Positions 21,566-30,927 of a stretch of 55,078 bases of DNA are shown here, one piece after another (positions within the stretch are counted from its first letter, which is position 1; every line of letters starts with the position of its first letter). The notes under the pieces are model-generated. The model was not told the DNA's origin and did no database searches. It worked only from the letters and a program-made list of their open reading frames with translations. Source of the stretch: a virus. The translations under genes and the position numbers were made by a program. The stretch lies in IMG/VR virus record IMGVR_UViG_3300045988_069178. One strand, given 5' to 3'.

Positions 21566-22273
21566 TATTTACCTCTCCATATCTCTTCATCAAGAATATA
21601 TTGCTTGATAAATCTATCTGCGTACTGTGGGTGTATCATTGACCTTTGCGTTTTAACTGATAGCCCATCGTCGTTTACTTTACTTTTTGCTATTATTTTC
21701 GTTTTTACATAATCAATAGCTTCAAATACAAGATTATTTTTTGGTTTAAAATTCACAAACCAGTATTGTGTTGGCTTTTTATAGTAATCTCCATTTTGCG
21801 TTCTATCCTTATCTATCAAGTCGGGCTTTAAGCACCAATATGTTGTAAGGTAATGTGGTTGATTATACGGATTTTCTATAACTAATTTTATTTTTCGTCT
21901 TATGCAATTTATAACCAGCTTATTAAGTAACTGGTAAAAGTCATTCAACATACGATGCCTTTCTATTGCACTTTCGCATTTCTTTTCCATACTCCAATTT
22001 CTTTGCGAATAATTATTGCCGGGAAACCATAATTGACTTTGGCATTCAAAATAAGTGCAAGGGAAAAATGCAAATATCAAATCATCAGGGCTTATCTTAT
22101 CGAACAAACTCGGCTCGCCTTGATACCCCCCCCTCTATCTCTTTAAAAAGGTCAGTAACATAGTCGGTTTCGTTAAATTCATTCTGAATATCATAGTCGT
22201 AGGCTTCAATTCCATACTTTTTGAAAGCGTTTTTGAATGTTCCTGACTGTTCAAATAAACAATGTACTATCAT
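21565..22273 (-). pseudogene. DNA methyltransferase-like gene split by a G8 (C8 on plus strand) homopolymer frameshift
   Basis: A 58-codon ORF (22273..22097, MIVHCLFEQSGTFKNAF...KEIEGG) and the 180-codon ORF (22107..21565) are in different frames. Deleting one G at 22126-22133 fuses them into ~235 aa. Motifs LFEQSG (I-like), FFPCTYF (PC, IV-like) and IENP (VI-like) are present. Confidence 0.55.
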
Positions 22274-22344
22274 TCTAAATCTACCAAAAGGAAACCTCGG
22301 TTTTATGTCGCGACAACCTATTCCTTTCTTTGACTTTTAGTTAG

Positions 22345-22518
22345 TTACTGTGGTTTTCTGCCTGTCTGAAAATATTCGTCATAAGCGTCAACCGTATAGC
22401 GTATTTCACTCATAGCTATATCAACTGTTACATCTTTTCTATCCAATGCTCTTTCTGCATAATCTTTAATTCTCATCATTAAAGCCTGTGATATTACTAT
22501 ATTCGCATTGTTACTCAT
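22345..22518 (-). CDS. Hypothetical protein (57 aa, below cutoff)
   Basis: MSNNANIVISQALMMRIKDYAERALDRKDVTVDIAMSEIRYTVDAYDEYFQTGRKPQ. ATGA overlap with the upstream gene. Confidence 0.5.
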   Translation of the reverse strand: MSNNANIVISQALMMRIKDYAERALDRKDVTVDIAMSEIRYTVDAYDEYFQTGRKPQ

Positions 22519-23114
22519 TCTGAATCACCCGCTTTCAATAAATCCATAAACTTCTCATATTGTTTCTGCGATACCTTGTTATGCTCTTTTTCTGGCTTTA
22601 AGCGGATTATAAGGTGCTTTTCAGCAATAGCCGATAATTCCCTCGCTAACACCTTTTTGCCTTGCTGTATGCCTTGCATATAGCCTTTAGGTGCTTTTCT
22701 CTCGCCTATTGAACCGCTTGCACGATTTTCTCCTTGACCGCCTAAACTGACATTTCTAAGCTGATAACCCTTGTTAGCATATAGCTTGATGTAATACTTC
22801 TCTTTTTCGTCAAGCTGACTTTCGGGGAAATTCAGAAATTCAACTCGCCAGCCATAAGGGTTTTTCTCTTTGTCATACAGCTTGTGGCGTTTCAAACTAA
22901 GGTCTATATGCTGTTCGTAGCCTACAAGGTGGCTTGCCAATCTGCTAAGTGTATGTACCGCCTGTCCGACATATGCATACTTAAAGCCGTTTTCATCTTC
23001 TCGGAGTAAGAAGTATATTCCACTTTTATCATTCAGTTTTGGATTCAGCTTCAATAGTCGCTTTTTATTTTCCTGTTCAATTGCCTTGGCTCTTGCTATG
23101 CTTTGATAATTCAA
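22515..23114 (-). CDS. GIY-YIG domain nuclease (free-standing homing-endonuclease-like)
   Basis: 199 aa. GIYFLLRED...YAYVGQA...R...H...E pattern of the GIY-YIG catalytic domain. Confidence 0.7.
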   Translation of the reverse strand: MNYQSIARAKAIEQENKKRLLKLNPKLNDKSGIYFLLREDENGFKYAYVGQAVHTLSRLASHLVGYEQHIDLSLKRHKLYDKEKNPYGWRVEFLNFPESQLDEKEKYYIKLYANKGYQLRNVSLGGQGENRASGSIGERKAPKGYMQGIQQGKKVLARELSAIAEKHLIIRLKPEKEHNKVSQKQYEKFMDLLKAGDSE

Positions 23115-23434
23115 TAATTGCCACCTGCCTTTACTATCTCAATCACCCTATCTACTGGAATTAAAAAATTATTGCTATTACCACTTCCATATAATTTCAC
23201 AGAAGAGTCTGTTTTTAAGGCATCAACAATCCTATCCTTATCTGCATTTTTATCAAACCCCATATTTTTATAAGAGTTTGAAAGTTTTAACATTATATCT
23301 GCTGCCTCTTTTATTGCCATTGCGCCTAAATTATCATTGTCGGACAAATCATCACACAGTTTTCTCATAGTGCTTTCTAAAAACTGTTTAATTCTTTCTT
23401 TGTCTTTCATTTCATTTCTTTCTTCAAGTGTCAT
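23111..23434 (-). CDS. Hypothetical protein
   Basis: 107 aa, coupled to its neighbours. Confidence 0.55.
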   Translation of the reverse strand: MTLEERNEMKDKERIKQFLESTMRKLCDDLSDNDNLGAMAIKEAADIMLKLSNSYKNMGFDKNADKDRIVDALKTDSSVKLYGSGNSNNFLIPVDRVIEIVKAGGNY

Positions 23435-23736
23435 TCTTCATCGCTCCAATCTAACTTCTGACCACAATTAGGACAGTAATCATAATCATCATAATCAACC
23501 TCATATCTCTTATCGCAGCAAGAGCAAATCCAAGTATCATATATAAGTGTTCCGTCTGGGGAATATCCATCGCCCTCATATGTTGGTTTCTTCGGTATCT
23601 GCTTTTCAAGCGCCCGTATTGCCATTTCGTTAGCCTTGTAATCATCTTCTGTAAACTTGCAGTCGTTATTCTCGTTCTCAATCTGCATAAACAATCGCAT
23701 ATTTTTCAGCTTTTCTATTGCTTCACTCTCTGTCAT
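23431..23736 (-). CDS. Hypothetical protein with C-terminal zinc ribbon
   Basis: 101 aa from ATG 23736 with a GAGGTGTGAGT RBS cassette. CSCC...CPNC. Confidence 0.55.
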   Translation of the reverse strand: MTESEAIEKLKNMRLFMQIENENNDCKFTEDDYKANEMAIRALEKQIPKKPTYEGDGYSPDGTLIYDTWICSCCDKRYEVDYDDYDYCPNCGQKLDWSDEE

Positions 23737-23748
23737 ACTCACACCTCT

Positions 23749-24180
23749 TTAATTAAATGGTAATCCCTCATCAGCTACGCCATCTGGAATTGACATAAAG
23801 CTGTCTGAACTAGCATTACCGCCCATAATTCCATTGTTATTATTATTCTGCTGATTAGCACGGCTTTCACAAAATTCGTGTCTTTCAACAACACAATCAT
23901 TAGTGTAGACTTTCTGTCCGTCCTTGTTAGTGTAGTTGCCTGTCTGCCATCTACCCTCAACGATAATCTTAGTTCCTTGGTGTAAATACTTCTCCGCAAA
24001 CTCTCCATTCTTGCCGAATGCAATACAGTTAATAAAGTCTGCCGCCTGTTCGCCCTCTTTCTTAAAAGCTCTGTCGACAGCTAATGTGTACCTTGCCACT
24101 GCCATACTTCCGTTTACTGTCTGTGAATATCTAATCTCTGGGTCTCTAGTCAGTCTGCCACATAAAATTACTCTGTTCAT
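23749..24180 (-). CDS. ssb: Single-stranded DNA-binding protein
   Basis: 143 aa. MNRVILCGRLTRDPEIRY... OB fold, an N/G-rich linker and an acidic tail ending DEGLPFN. Confidence 0.9.
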   Translation of the reverse strand: MNRVILCGRLTRDPEIRYSQTVNGSMAVARYTLAVDRAFKKEGEQAADFINCIAFGKNGEFAEKYLHQGTKIIVEGRWQTGNYTNKDGQKVYTNDCVVERHEFCESRANQQNNNNNGIMGGNASSDSFMSIPDGVADEGLPFN

Positions 24181-24308
24181 TATTTTCCCTCACTTTCTTC
24201 TGCTTCCACATTGTCTACTGCAAGTGCTAAAAATTCGCCAAATTCGCATTCCTTTCCGTCGCAACTCCAAACTGAGCACCACCTATTTTCTTTCTCGCAC
24301 CAAAACAT
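24180..24308 (-). CDS. Small Cys-rich protein
   Basis: 42 aa from ATG 24308 (MFWCEKENRWCSVWSCDGKECEF...). The track ORF is longer but overlaps the upstream gene by 83 nt. Confidence 0.4.
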   Translation of the reverse strand: MFWCEKENRWCSVWSCDGKECEFGEFLALAVDNVEAEESEGK

Positions 24309-24756
24309 CACTAAGCCTTTCAAATCTGTATTTCTGTTCTGCATTAGGGTATTTTTCCTTATCAACCTCGCTCATAAACATCTCAAGAGGTCTATTCCAG
24401 ATATGCCCCTCATATTCATATACAACTGATATTTCTTCTGTCTCGGTATGCCTTGAAATACCGATAATAGTAACAATCTTACCAATCTTAAAATGCTTAT
24501 ATTTCTCGCCTTTCTGCGGTAAAGGTCTGTCAAATTCTGTACTGATGTTATCTGCCTTAAAGTGCCTTGTGAGTAACGCAAGGTCGCAGTTTGGCTTATC
24601 TTCGCCATCAAGATTAAATTCTTCCGACTGTTCGATATGTAACTGCTGCCAATTTTCGGCATATCCTACATTGCTTATATCATCATATATATCCTCAAGT
24701 GAAATATTTTCACGATTGGAAACTAAATAGCCGCTAAATCTGAATATTTTTGCCAT
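24283..24756 (-). CDS. DUF1653-like protein
   Basis: 157 aa from ATG 24756 with a GGAGAG RBS. The C-terminus KYKHFKIGKIVTIIGISRHTETEEISVVYEYEGHIWNRPLEMF resembles DUF1653. Confidence 0.55.
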   Translation of the reverse strand: MAKIFRFSGYLVSNRENISLEDIYDDISNVGYAENWQQLHIEQSEEFNLDGEDKPNCDLALLTRHFKADNISTEFDRPLPQKGEKYKHFKIGKIVTIIGISRHTETEEISVVYEYEGHIWNRPLEMFMSEVDKEKYPNAEQKYRFERLSDVLVRERK

Positions 24757-24764
24757 ATTCTCTC

Positions 24765-25145
24765 CTATTCCACTTCTGATTGAAGCCATTCCATACAACT
24801 AGTTTCTCCCTCGTATTCTTCGCCGAATGTATTCTTAAAAGTTATAAGAAACTCTGCTAACTCTTTATCCGGCATATTCCTTATCCTATCAGCATTGGTC
24901 TGTTTGCTATCGCACCTGCAACAAGGCTCGTTATCTCTTGAATTGCTGTCGTGCTGACAGTTGCAAGAAATCTTTTCTTCGCTATCATCAAATGCTTTTA
25001 AAAACATTTCAGCAATTTCTTTCTCGTATCTACCGCACATACCTTTGCAATCAATATCCGCAATAACCCTTGAAAAGAAATCTTTGAATTTGTCAACAAT
25101 ATAATCTCCTGTGAAATCGTTAGGTATGTCAATTACTACTTTCAT
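24765..25145 (-). CDS. Hypothetical Cys-rich protein
   Basis: 126 aa with a GAGGT RBS. Confidence 0.55.
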   Translation of the reverse strand: MKVVIDIPNDFTGDYIVDKFKDFFSRVIADIDCKGMCGRYEKEIAEMFLKAFDDSEEKISCNCQHDSNSRDNEPCCRCDSKQTNADRIRNMPDKELAEFLITFKNTFGEEYEGETSCMEWLQSEVE

Positions 25146-25149
25146 CTTC

Positions 25150-25551
25150 TCAACCTCTCAATTCTTTCAGTTTTGCTTCTGCTTCTGATTTGTTCAAAAA
25201 TACTGACTTGCCGATTTCACTTTCTGCAAAACTTCCTGTGATACTTCCGCTTGAGTTTGCATAATAGAATACGGCTTTTTTTGTTGTAACAGGTTCACAA
25301 ATGTATTCTTCGCATTCACCAAACGAAAAGGCTGTTATTGTATATGCACAAGGTCTGCCAAAGTCATTATCCCATACTGTATCTCCCACCTTACAAGGCA
25401 ACTTAATAAGTCTGCCCTGCTCTTCTAAGTCCTCATAATCTGCTAATTTCTGTAACACATTATGACGATTGTTTTCCCATTCGATAGGTTCTCCACTAGG
25501 TGTAGCATATACACCTGTTCCGTTAGCACTTCTTCTTGTTAATCTCTCCAT
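25150..25551 (-). CDS. Hypothetical protein
   Basis: 133 aa with an AAGGAG RBS. Confidence 0.55.
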   Translation of the reverse strand: MERLTRRSANGTGVYATPSGEPIEWENNRHNVLQKLADYEDLEEQGRLIKLPCKVGDTVWDNDFGRPCAYTITAFSFGECEEYICEPVTTKKAVFYYANSSGSITGSFAESEIGKSVFLNKSEAEAKLKELRG

Positions 25552-25563
25552 TTCCGCTCCTTT

Positions 25564-26292
25564 CTAAAACGGACATTCACTAGGATTTTTCAAATCCCAA
25601 CTTTTTCCTGCGACCGCAACATCCGCATTTGCCCCACAAGCAACTTTTTTCATTTTCTCGATGAAACTATCTCTATCGGAATTTTCACTTGATAAATGGC
25701 ACATTATGACGTTCTGCAAGTTATCTGAATAATTCGCTTTAACAAAATCGCAAGCTGTGTCAATAGATAAATGACCTCTGAATACGTGATTGGCTTTGCC
25801 TGTGTCTCTGTCGATTAAATCCTTATCATAATTCACGCCTAAGAGAATGTAGTTTATGTCTTTAAACTTCCACTTGATTAATTCACAATCGGTTATGTAA
25901 AGCATTCTCCCCATTTCTTTGTGTGTAATCAGAAAGCCGAATATCGGACAAGGTGTTCCGTCTGCATTAGTATGTGTCCAGCTTCCATCTATCGTTGTTA
26001 GGTCAAACGCTCTTACAGTAAAATAAGAATTTGCTAGAAACTGGTTCATAAGCAAGGTTTCGTATGGTTTACATACAGGAATACCCATATTTTCAAAATC
26101 CTTAACCGACTTGCTGTGGTCGAGGTGTTTATGGGTGCATAACACACCCACAACATCTTTAATGTTCCAATCTAAGCCTTTTTTAATCTCCTTAATCGGT
26201 ATCCCACAATCAAGGATAAGCGTTTCTCCACTGTTGGAAGTTAGCAGATAGCAATTACCTGTACTTCCTGTGGCTATACAATGCAATCGCAT
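25564..26292 (-). CDS. Metallo-beta-lactamase-fold hydrolase/nuclease
   Basis: 242 aa. HKHLDHS (HxHxDH) motif, lying in the recombination module. Confidence 0.75.
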   Translation of the reverse strand: MRLHCIATGSTGNCYLLTSNSGETLILDCGIPIKEIKKGLDWNIKDVVGVLCTHKHLDHSKSVKDFENMGIPVCKPYETLLMNQFLANSYFTVRAFDLTTIDGSWTHTNADGTPCPIFGFLITHKEMGRMLYITDCELIKWKFKDINYILLGVNYDKDLIDRDTGKANHVFRGHLSIDTACDFVKANYSDNLQNVIMCHLSSENSDRDSFIEKMKKVACGANADVAVAGKSWDLKNPSECPF

Positions 26293-26303
26293 ATTCTTCT
26301 CCT

Positions 26304-26531
26304 TTACTCACTACTTCGCAAAAACAATAATAATTTTTCTGTACAATCAGCACAAAGGTCATATCTATAATCTACATATGAATAGCCATCTGGATTACCA
26401 TAAAACATTGAATGAAAGCACAGTCGATTTTCTTTTTTGATACCATATTTAAAATATCCAGCCCATTTAGACAAACTGTACTCAAAAGGCTTTCCGCATC
26501 TATCACATTTGTGGATTTCTTCAACTGACAT
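26304..26531 (-). CDS. Zinc-ribbon protein
   Basis: 75 aa from ATG 26531, preceded by the same GAGGTGTGAGT-ATG cassette as at 23736. CDRC ... CADC. Confidence 0.55.
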   Translation of the reverse strand: MSVEEIHKCDRCGKPFEYSLSKWAGYFKYGIKKENRLCFHSMFYGNPDGYSYVDYRYDLCADCTEKLLLFLRSSE

Positions 26532-26665
26532 ACTCACACCTCGATTTCATCATCCTGTGGGAACTGAAAGACGGCATTATTGATAAAATCTACTTTTGAC
26601 GGCTGATTTTCTGTTTGCACCATAATGCCACATTTCTGTAATCTTCCAAATTCCTTTGCCACATC

Positions 26666-26914
26666 TTATGAAATATCAACATTCTGCATTACGATAGGCA
26701 TACCAATATACGTTTCTCTTAACATTTCCATAGCCTTAATTGCCTTTGCTTCGGTGGAATAAGTTGCAATAAGACTGTTCAGAAACACTTCCGGCGGTTC
26801 TGCGACATTTTTAACCGCAACAATTCCATAATTCCCGCCACTACTATTTAATATTGAAAAAACAAAGTTTTCATAAGAAACATCTGTTTTTCCTGTCTGT
26901 GAAATTACTCTCAT
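26666..26914 (-). CDS. Hypothetical protein
   Basis: 82 aa with an AGGAG RBS. Confidence 0.55.
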   Translation of the reverse strand: MRVISQTGKTDVSYENFVFSILNSSGGNYGIVAVKNVAEPPEVFLNSLIATYSTEAKAIKAMEMLRETYIGMPIVMQNVDIS

Positions 26915-27216
26915 CCGTAAAACTCCTTTCTAACCGCTTTTTTCAAATATCCTGCTTTAATAAGCTGCAATACGCATCTAAGTTGAAGACTTTTTATACT
27001 TTCTATATGCCTTGTTCTGCCAAACCACATAACCCATTCCTGCTGCAATAATTCATCAAGAGTGGTAATCACATCTCCTGCCACAAAAATTCGCTTATTT
27101 TGCTTATATTCTTCATATTTCTTACGCTTATCACAGCATAAGCAAATACTATTATTAGGATAGTGACGGTTCTTATAAATAAAACAAAACTCACATTTTC
27201 TGCACGGATTGTTCAT
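26911..27216 (-). CDS. Hypothetical Cys-rich protein
   Basis: 101 aa from ATG 27216 with a GCAGGAG RBS overlapping the recT stop. Confidence 0.55.
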   Translation of the reverse strand: MNNPCRKCEFCFIYKNRHYPNNSICLCCDKRKKYEEYKQNKRIFVAGDVITTLDELLQQEWVMWFGRTRHIESIKSLQLRCVLQLIKAGYLKKAVRKEFYG

Positions 27217-27220
27217 AGGC

Positions 27221-28126
27221 TTACTCCTGCATGAATGGTGGTAATGTGCTATCTTCTGTCTGTTTTTCAGTTGTTTCTGTGGCAGTATCTTCAACCACAT
27301 CATCTATAACATCACCATCAACAAAATCTACGCTGTTAGCGTTCTGCCCAATATCATAATCAACATCAGCCTGCATACGCTCATCATAACTAGGTAATTC
27401 TTCCTCATTATCGTAATTTCCGTCATAGAAAGAACCATAAGTATTGTTAATCTGCTTTAACAGTCTGTTCTTGACTGTTTTCATAGCCATCTGGTCTGTG
27501 AATTTCTGATGTGTTCCGTTTCCGTTCTCTTTATAGCCATATCCCTGTTTCCAAGCCTGCTTTATCTGTTTGATGTTCATAACCTCTGTGAGAATACTTC
27601 CGTCATCCATAGTGGCTATTGCGTAAGCACCCTTAACTTTATCGTTGTCGATATTCTCAAAGTCCTGCTTATGAGTGACAATACTTTTCTTGCCATTAAC
27701 AATTTCATACTCGAATGTATCACCCTCATAGATAACCTCTGCTGTTATGTCTTTAAGCCCATATCTCCTAGCAATGCAAGTGTTTCCATATACAGACTTC
27801 TGGCACTGTAACTTTCCACCATATGCTACTGGATAGCACTGTTTCTTCTGCATTGATAAGCCGCTTGTAACCATTTCTACAAGTGCGTTTTCGATACTTG
27901 CCCTTGTGCAACTCTGTAATACAGGCTTCTTGTTCATATCTACTGTGTCCTGCAATATCAGCATTGCTGACATAAACTCATTTGTATAGTTGTAATCTTT
28001 AGGAAATGTTAAGCCGAATTTCTCTTTCTGCTTGATTTTTACAACCATTCCCTCTGTAAAATCTTTTGCTACAAGTTCTCTGCTTTCAGCTTCTTTCTTT
28101 TCCGCAACTGCTGTATTCTCTGCCAT
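27221..28126 (-). CDS. recT: RecT-family single-strand annealing recombinase
   Basis: 301 aa. SIENALVEMVTSGLSMQKKQCYPVAYGGKLQCQKSVYG...AEVIYEGDTFEY is typical of the RecT core. Confidence 0.8.
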   Translation of the reverse strand: MAENTAVAEKKEAESRELVAKDFTEGMVVKIKQKEKFGLTFPKDYNYTNEFMSAMLILQDTVDMNKKPVLQSCTRASIENALVEMVTSGLSMQKKQCYPVAYGGKLQCQKSVYGNTCIARRYGLKDITAEVIYEGDTFEYEIVNGKKSIVTHKQDFENIDNDKVKGAYAIATMDDGSILTEVMNIKQIKQAWKQGYGYKENGNGTHQKFTDQMAMKTVKNRLLKQINNTYGSFYDGNYDNEEELPSYDERMQADVDYDIGQNANSVDFVDGDVIDDVVEDTATETTEKQTEDSTLPPFMQE

Positions 28127-28135
28127 AATTAATCC

Positions 28136-28795
28136 TCACTTTCTTCTTTGTATTGCTCTTTCTATCGCATTTTCACCGTTACTCTCATTTTCCCATTTTC
28201 TTAAAGTTTGCCTACTAACTTTTAGCTCCCTACTCCAATCTGATAACGTTTTAGTAGTTCCATTGTGCGTGATATAATGACTATTACGCCTATTCTTAGA
28301 TTGCTCTCTAGCCGGAATCCAAGTACAATTAGATGGTTCATAGTTTCCGTTTACGTCTATTCTTTCCAAGGTTAATGATTCTTCATAGCCATTTTCAATA
28401 GCCCAATCGTAAAATAAGCAAAAATTATTTTTCCACTCATCACACATCACTATTCCTCTACCGCCATAATAAAAATAAGCTTTGCTATTCGGGTTAAAAC
28501 AGCGTTGCTTAACATCTGTGTATATGCTGTACAATCTGGTATGTGTTTTATTATGAGTAGTAAAATACTCTGCGTTTCTTTGAGTTTTTATGCAACCACA
28601 ACTTCTTACATTACCACTTCTTAAACTATCGCTTGATACCACTTTTTCATTACCGCAATCGCACAAGCAATTCCAATAGCAATTCTTGTGCCCAGATTTA
28701 GAATATTTGTACTCACAAAAACCAAGAACGATAAGCTTTCCATACCTTTTTCCAGTTATATCTTTGGTTTTTATTCTTTTATTTTCGCTAATCAT
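28136..28795 (-). CDS. Free-standing homing-endonuclease-like DNA-binding protein (Cys cluster plus C-terminal HTH)
   Basis: 219 aa. GKRYGKLIVLG...WNCLCDCGNEKVV...SCGC...YGGRGIVMCDEWKN...ERIDVNGNYEPSNCTW pattern is common in phage-inserted endonuclease-like genes. Inserted between recT and the ATPase gene. Confidence 0.5.
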   Translation of the reverse strand: MISENKRIKTKDITGKRYGKLIVLGFCEYKYSKSGHKNCYWNCLCDCGNEKVVSSDSLRSGNVRSCGCIKTQRNAEYFTTHNKTHTRLYSIYTDVKQRCFNPNSKAYFYYGGRGIVMCDEWKNNFCLFYDWAIENGYEESLTLERIDVNGNYEPSNCTWIPAREQSKNRRNSHYITHNGTTKTLSDWSRELKVSRQTLRKWENESNGENAIERAIQRRK

Positions 28796-30719
28796 TTTTT
28801 ATCTCCAAAATTTCCATATCTCCATCACTAACAGCTAGCATTATTACTTGTGATTTAATTTTTTTTATAATATTTGATACATTTTCTGAATCGAGTGATT
28901 CTATATCATCAACAATTAAAGGGCAATTTATGTTACATATTTTTTGAATAGATAAACATATATCTATCTTCCCCATAATTTTCTTTGCTTTATTTGATGT
29001 ACAATCTAATAACGATTTGTTATCTATGGTAGGAATACAAGCTGTTTTATAACCACCAGACTTTGTATAAGTGAACAACTGCCACTTAACTAACCCAAAA
29101 TGACTATTTACTGCTTCTGTCAAGGCTTCATTCTTTGCTTTGTCTAATTCATCAAGCAAATCAAGTATTTTCTCAGCATTAGCCTTGTTCTGTTCAGAAT
29201 CAATCCTTGTCTGCTTTAATTCTTCAAGTCGCTGTTCATCTGCTGCTGTATCAGACTTTGCAATCTCGGCTTCACATTCTGCTAACTGCTGTCTTAAAGC
29301 TGTTTCCTGTGACTTTAATTCTGCCTTAATCGCCGAAATATCATTAGCCTTGTGCATAGCCTGTTCCTTTTCAACAATCTTCTGTTCAAGTGCCTTATAT
29401 TCTTCTGTGGCTGATACGTCAATTTCCTGCGGAAGTTCTGATAACTGCTTTTGAAGGTCTGCAACTTCTTCTTCCAACTTCTGCTGATTAGCAATATTTT
29501 CTTCGTTACATTTTTCCAGCTTTGGTATCATATCTCTTGCATTATCAACATCCGCCTTAACTTCTAATCCGTCTTTTTCAACCTTTGCCAGCCTATCAGC
29601 CTTTGTCTTTTCAAATGAACTTCTAAGGCTTTCAATTTCTTCTGCTGGCAGTTCTCTATGGCAAGTAGGGCAAATTGCTGTATTGTCATTGAATTTTTCT
29701 TCTTTAATCTTCTTCCAAACATCAGCAAGCCTGCTTCTTTCTCTCGTTCCGTTTTCAATGTCATTCTGATAACCAGATATTTCAGAATTGTTCTTCTGAA
29801 TAGTATTAGCTATGTTAATAAGATAATCTTTCTTTTCGGAAATCTTATTCTCAATATCTCTTCTAGCCTTAACATTTTCCTCATTAGCCTTGCGTAATAA
29901 GTCTCCCTGCTTAAACTTCAAATCAAGGACATCCGAACTAGCCTTGTCATATTCAGCCATCAGCTTGTCATTGTCCGTCTGCTTTGCCACACAATCAGCA
30001 ATCTGTACTTTAAGGCTGTTCTTCTGTAATTCAAGGTCAGATACTTCAATAGCTTGCTTAAGCTGAATGTCGCGCTCCTTTTCCTTAATCTGTCCGTCAA
30101 GAATAGGCAAATCCTTTGTAATTTTAGTCTTGGTAGCCTTATTCATAGCGGATAATTCTTCAACTTTATACTTATTAAGTAAAGGAACTAACTCGGCTAA
30201 TTCAGCTTTCTGTGAAGCTATATCAAGGTCTGTAACATCTCCTACTAAGCCAAATAAGTATTCTCTCATTTCTGCCGGCTTCTGATTAAGAAAAGCATTT
30301 ACATTGCTGCACATCTTGAATACATTCATATCAACATCAAGGTATGCATTGAAATCCTTAAGGTTCTTTCTCACATCATTAATGCAATATAAGTTATCGT
30401 CCTTATAACCTGTCTTATCCTTGCTGTATGTACGGACCTGCACTTTCTTCATAGTTATTTCTTTTCCGTCAACATCAAGCGTAAGTTCAACGCTTGTATC
30501 CATATCATCAACGGACTTTCCGTCAACCTCTCGTCTTACAACCGGATTATCCTTTAATTCATAATCGCAGTTGAATAAGCACCACGGATAAGCTGTTGCA
30601 ATAGTTGACTTACCTTTGCCATTCTTAGCCATAATCTTTGTAATGGCATAGAAGTCAAATTCTGCGTGTGCGTAGCACATAAAGTTTTCAAGTACTACCT
30701 TTTTTAAAGTTACTCTCAT
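28788..30719 (-). CDS. Rad50/SbcC-like SMC-type ATPase with zinc hook
   Basis: 643 aa from ATG 30719. Walker A KNGKGKST, a long coiled coil with a central CPTC hook, and Walker B LIVDDIESLD. Confidence 0.8.
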   Translation of the reverse strand: MRVTLKKVVLENFMCYAHAEFDFYAITKIMAKNGKGKSTIATAYPWCLFNCDYELKDNPVVRREVDGKSVDDMDTSVELTLDVDGKEITMKKVQVRTYSKDKTGYKDDNLYCINDVRKNLKDFNAYLDVDMNVFKMCSNVNAFLNQKPAEMREYLFGLVGDVTDLDIASQKAELAELVPLLNKYKVEELSAMNKATKTKITKDLPILDGQIKEKERDIQLKQAIEVSDLELQKNSLKVQIADCVAKQTDNDKLMAEYDKASSDVLDLKFKQGDLLRKANEENVKARRDIENKISEKKDYLINIANTIQKNNSEISGYQNDIENGTRERSRLADVWKKIKEEKFNDNTAICPTCHRELPAEEIESLRSSFEKTKADRLAKVEKDGLEVKADVDNARDMIPKLEKCNEENIANQQKLEEEVADLQKQLSELPQEIDVSATEEYKALEQKIVEKEQAMHKANDISAIKAELKSQETALRQQLAECEAEIAKSDTAADEQRLEELKQTRIDSEQNKANAEKILDLLDELDKAKNEALTEAVNSHFGLVKWQLFTYTKSGGYKTACIPTIDNKSLLDCTSNKAKKIMGKIDICLSIQKICNINCPLIVDDIESLDSENVSNIIKKIKSQVIMLAVSDGDMEILEIKND

Positions 30720-30744
30720 AAACAACATCCTTTCCTTATAAAAA

Positions 30745-30927
30745 TCAATCTGTAACTCCAAGAATTCTAAATACATCTTCTGTATTAATTACAGAATGCC
30801 CTTTTGCCATGCTTGCAAGCACCTCTGCTCTCGTCTCGCAATCTATCAATTCTTCATATCTCGCAAGTGGCACTGTCACAACATCAGAAATCGCACCATG
30901 CATCGTTAGTTCAAATTTATCATTCAT
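30745..30927 (-). CDS. Hypothetical protein
   Basis: 60 aa with a GAGGAAG RBS. Confidence 0.5.
   Translation of the reverse strand: MNDKFELTMHGAISDVVTVPLARYEELIDCETRAEVLASMAKGHSVINTEDVFRILGVTD

Noticed and set aside
23936-24730. 264-aa plus-strand ORF, and similar long plus-strand ORFs (44219..44674, 52636..53181, 45023..45379, 53725..54057).
   Set aside because: These are antisense to well-supported minus-strand genes, S/L/F/C-rich with low complexity, and lack an RBS. They are typical shadow ORFs.
26538-26665. 29-codon ORF (MVQTENQPSKVDFINNAVFQFPQDDEIEV) filling the gap between two genes, and a 32-codon ORF at 47838..47936.
   Set aside because: Both are too short and have no clear RBS. 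I cannot distinguish them from chance, so they are not listed as features.
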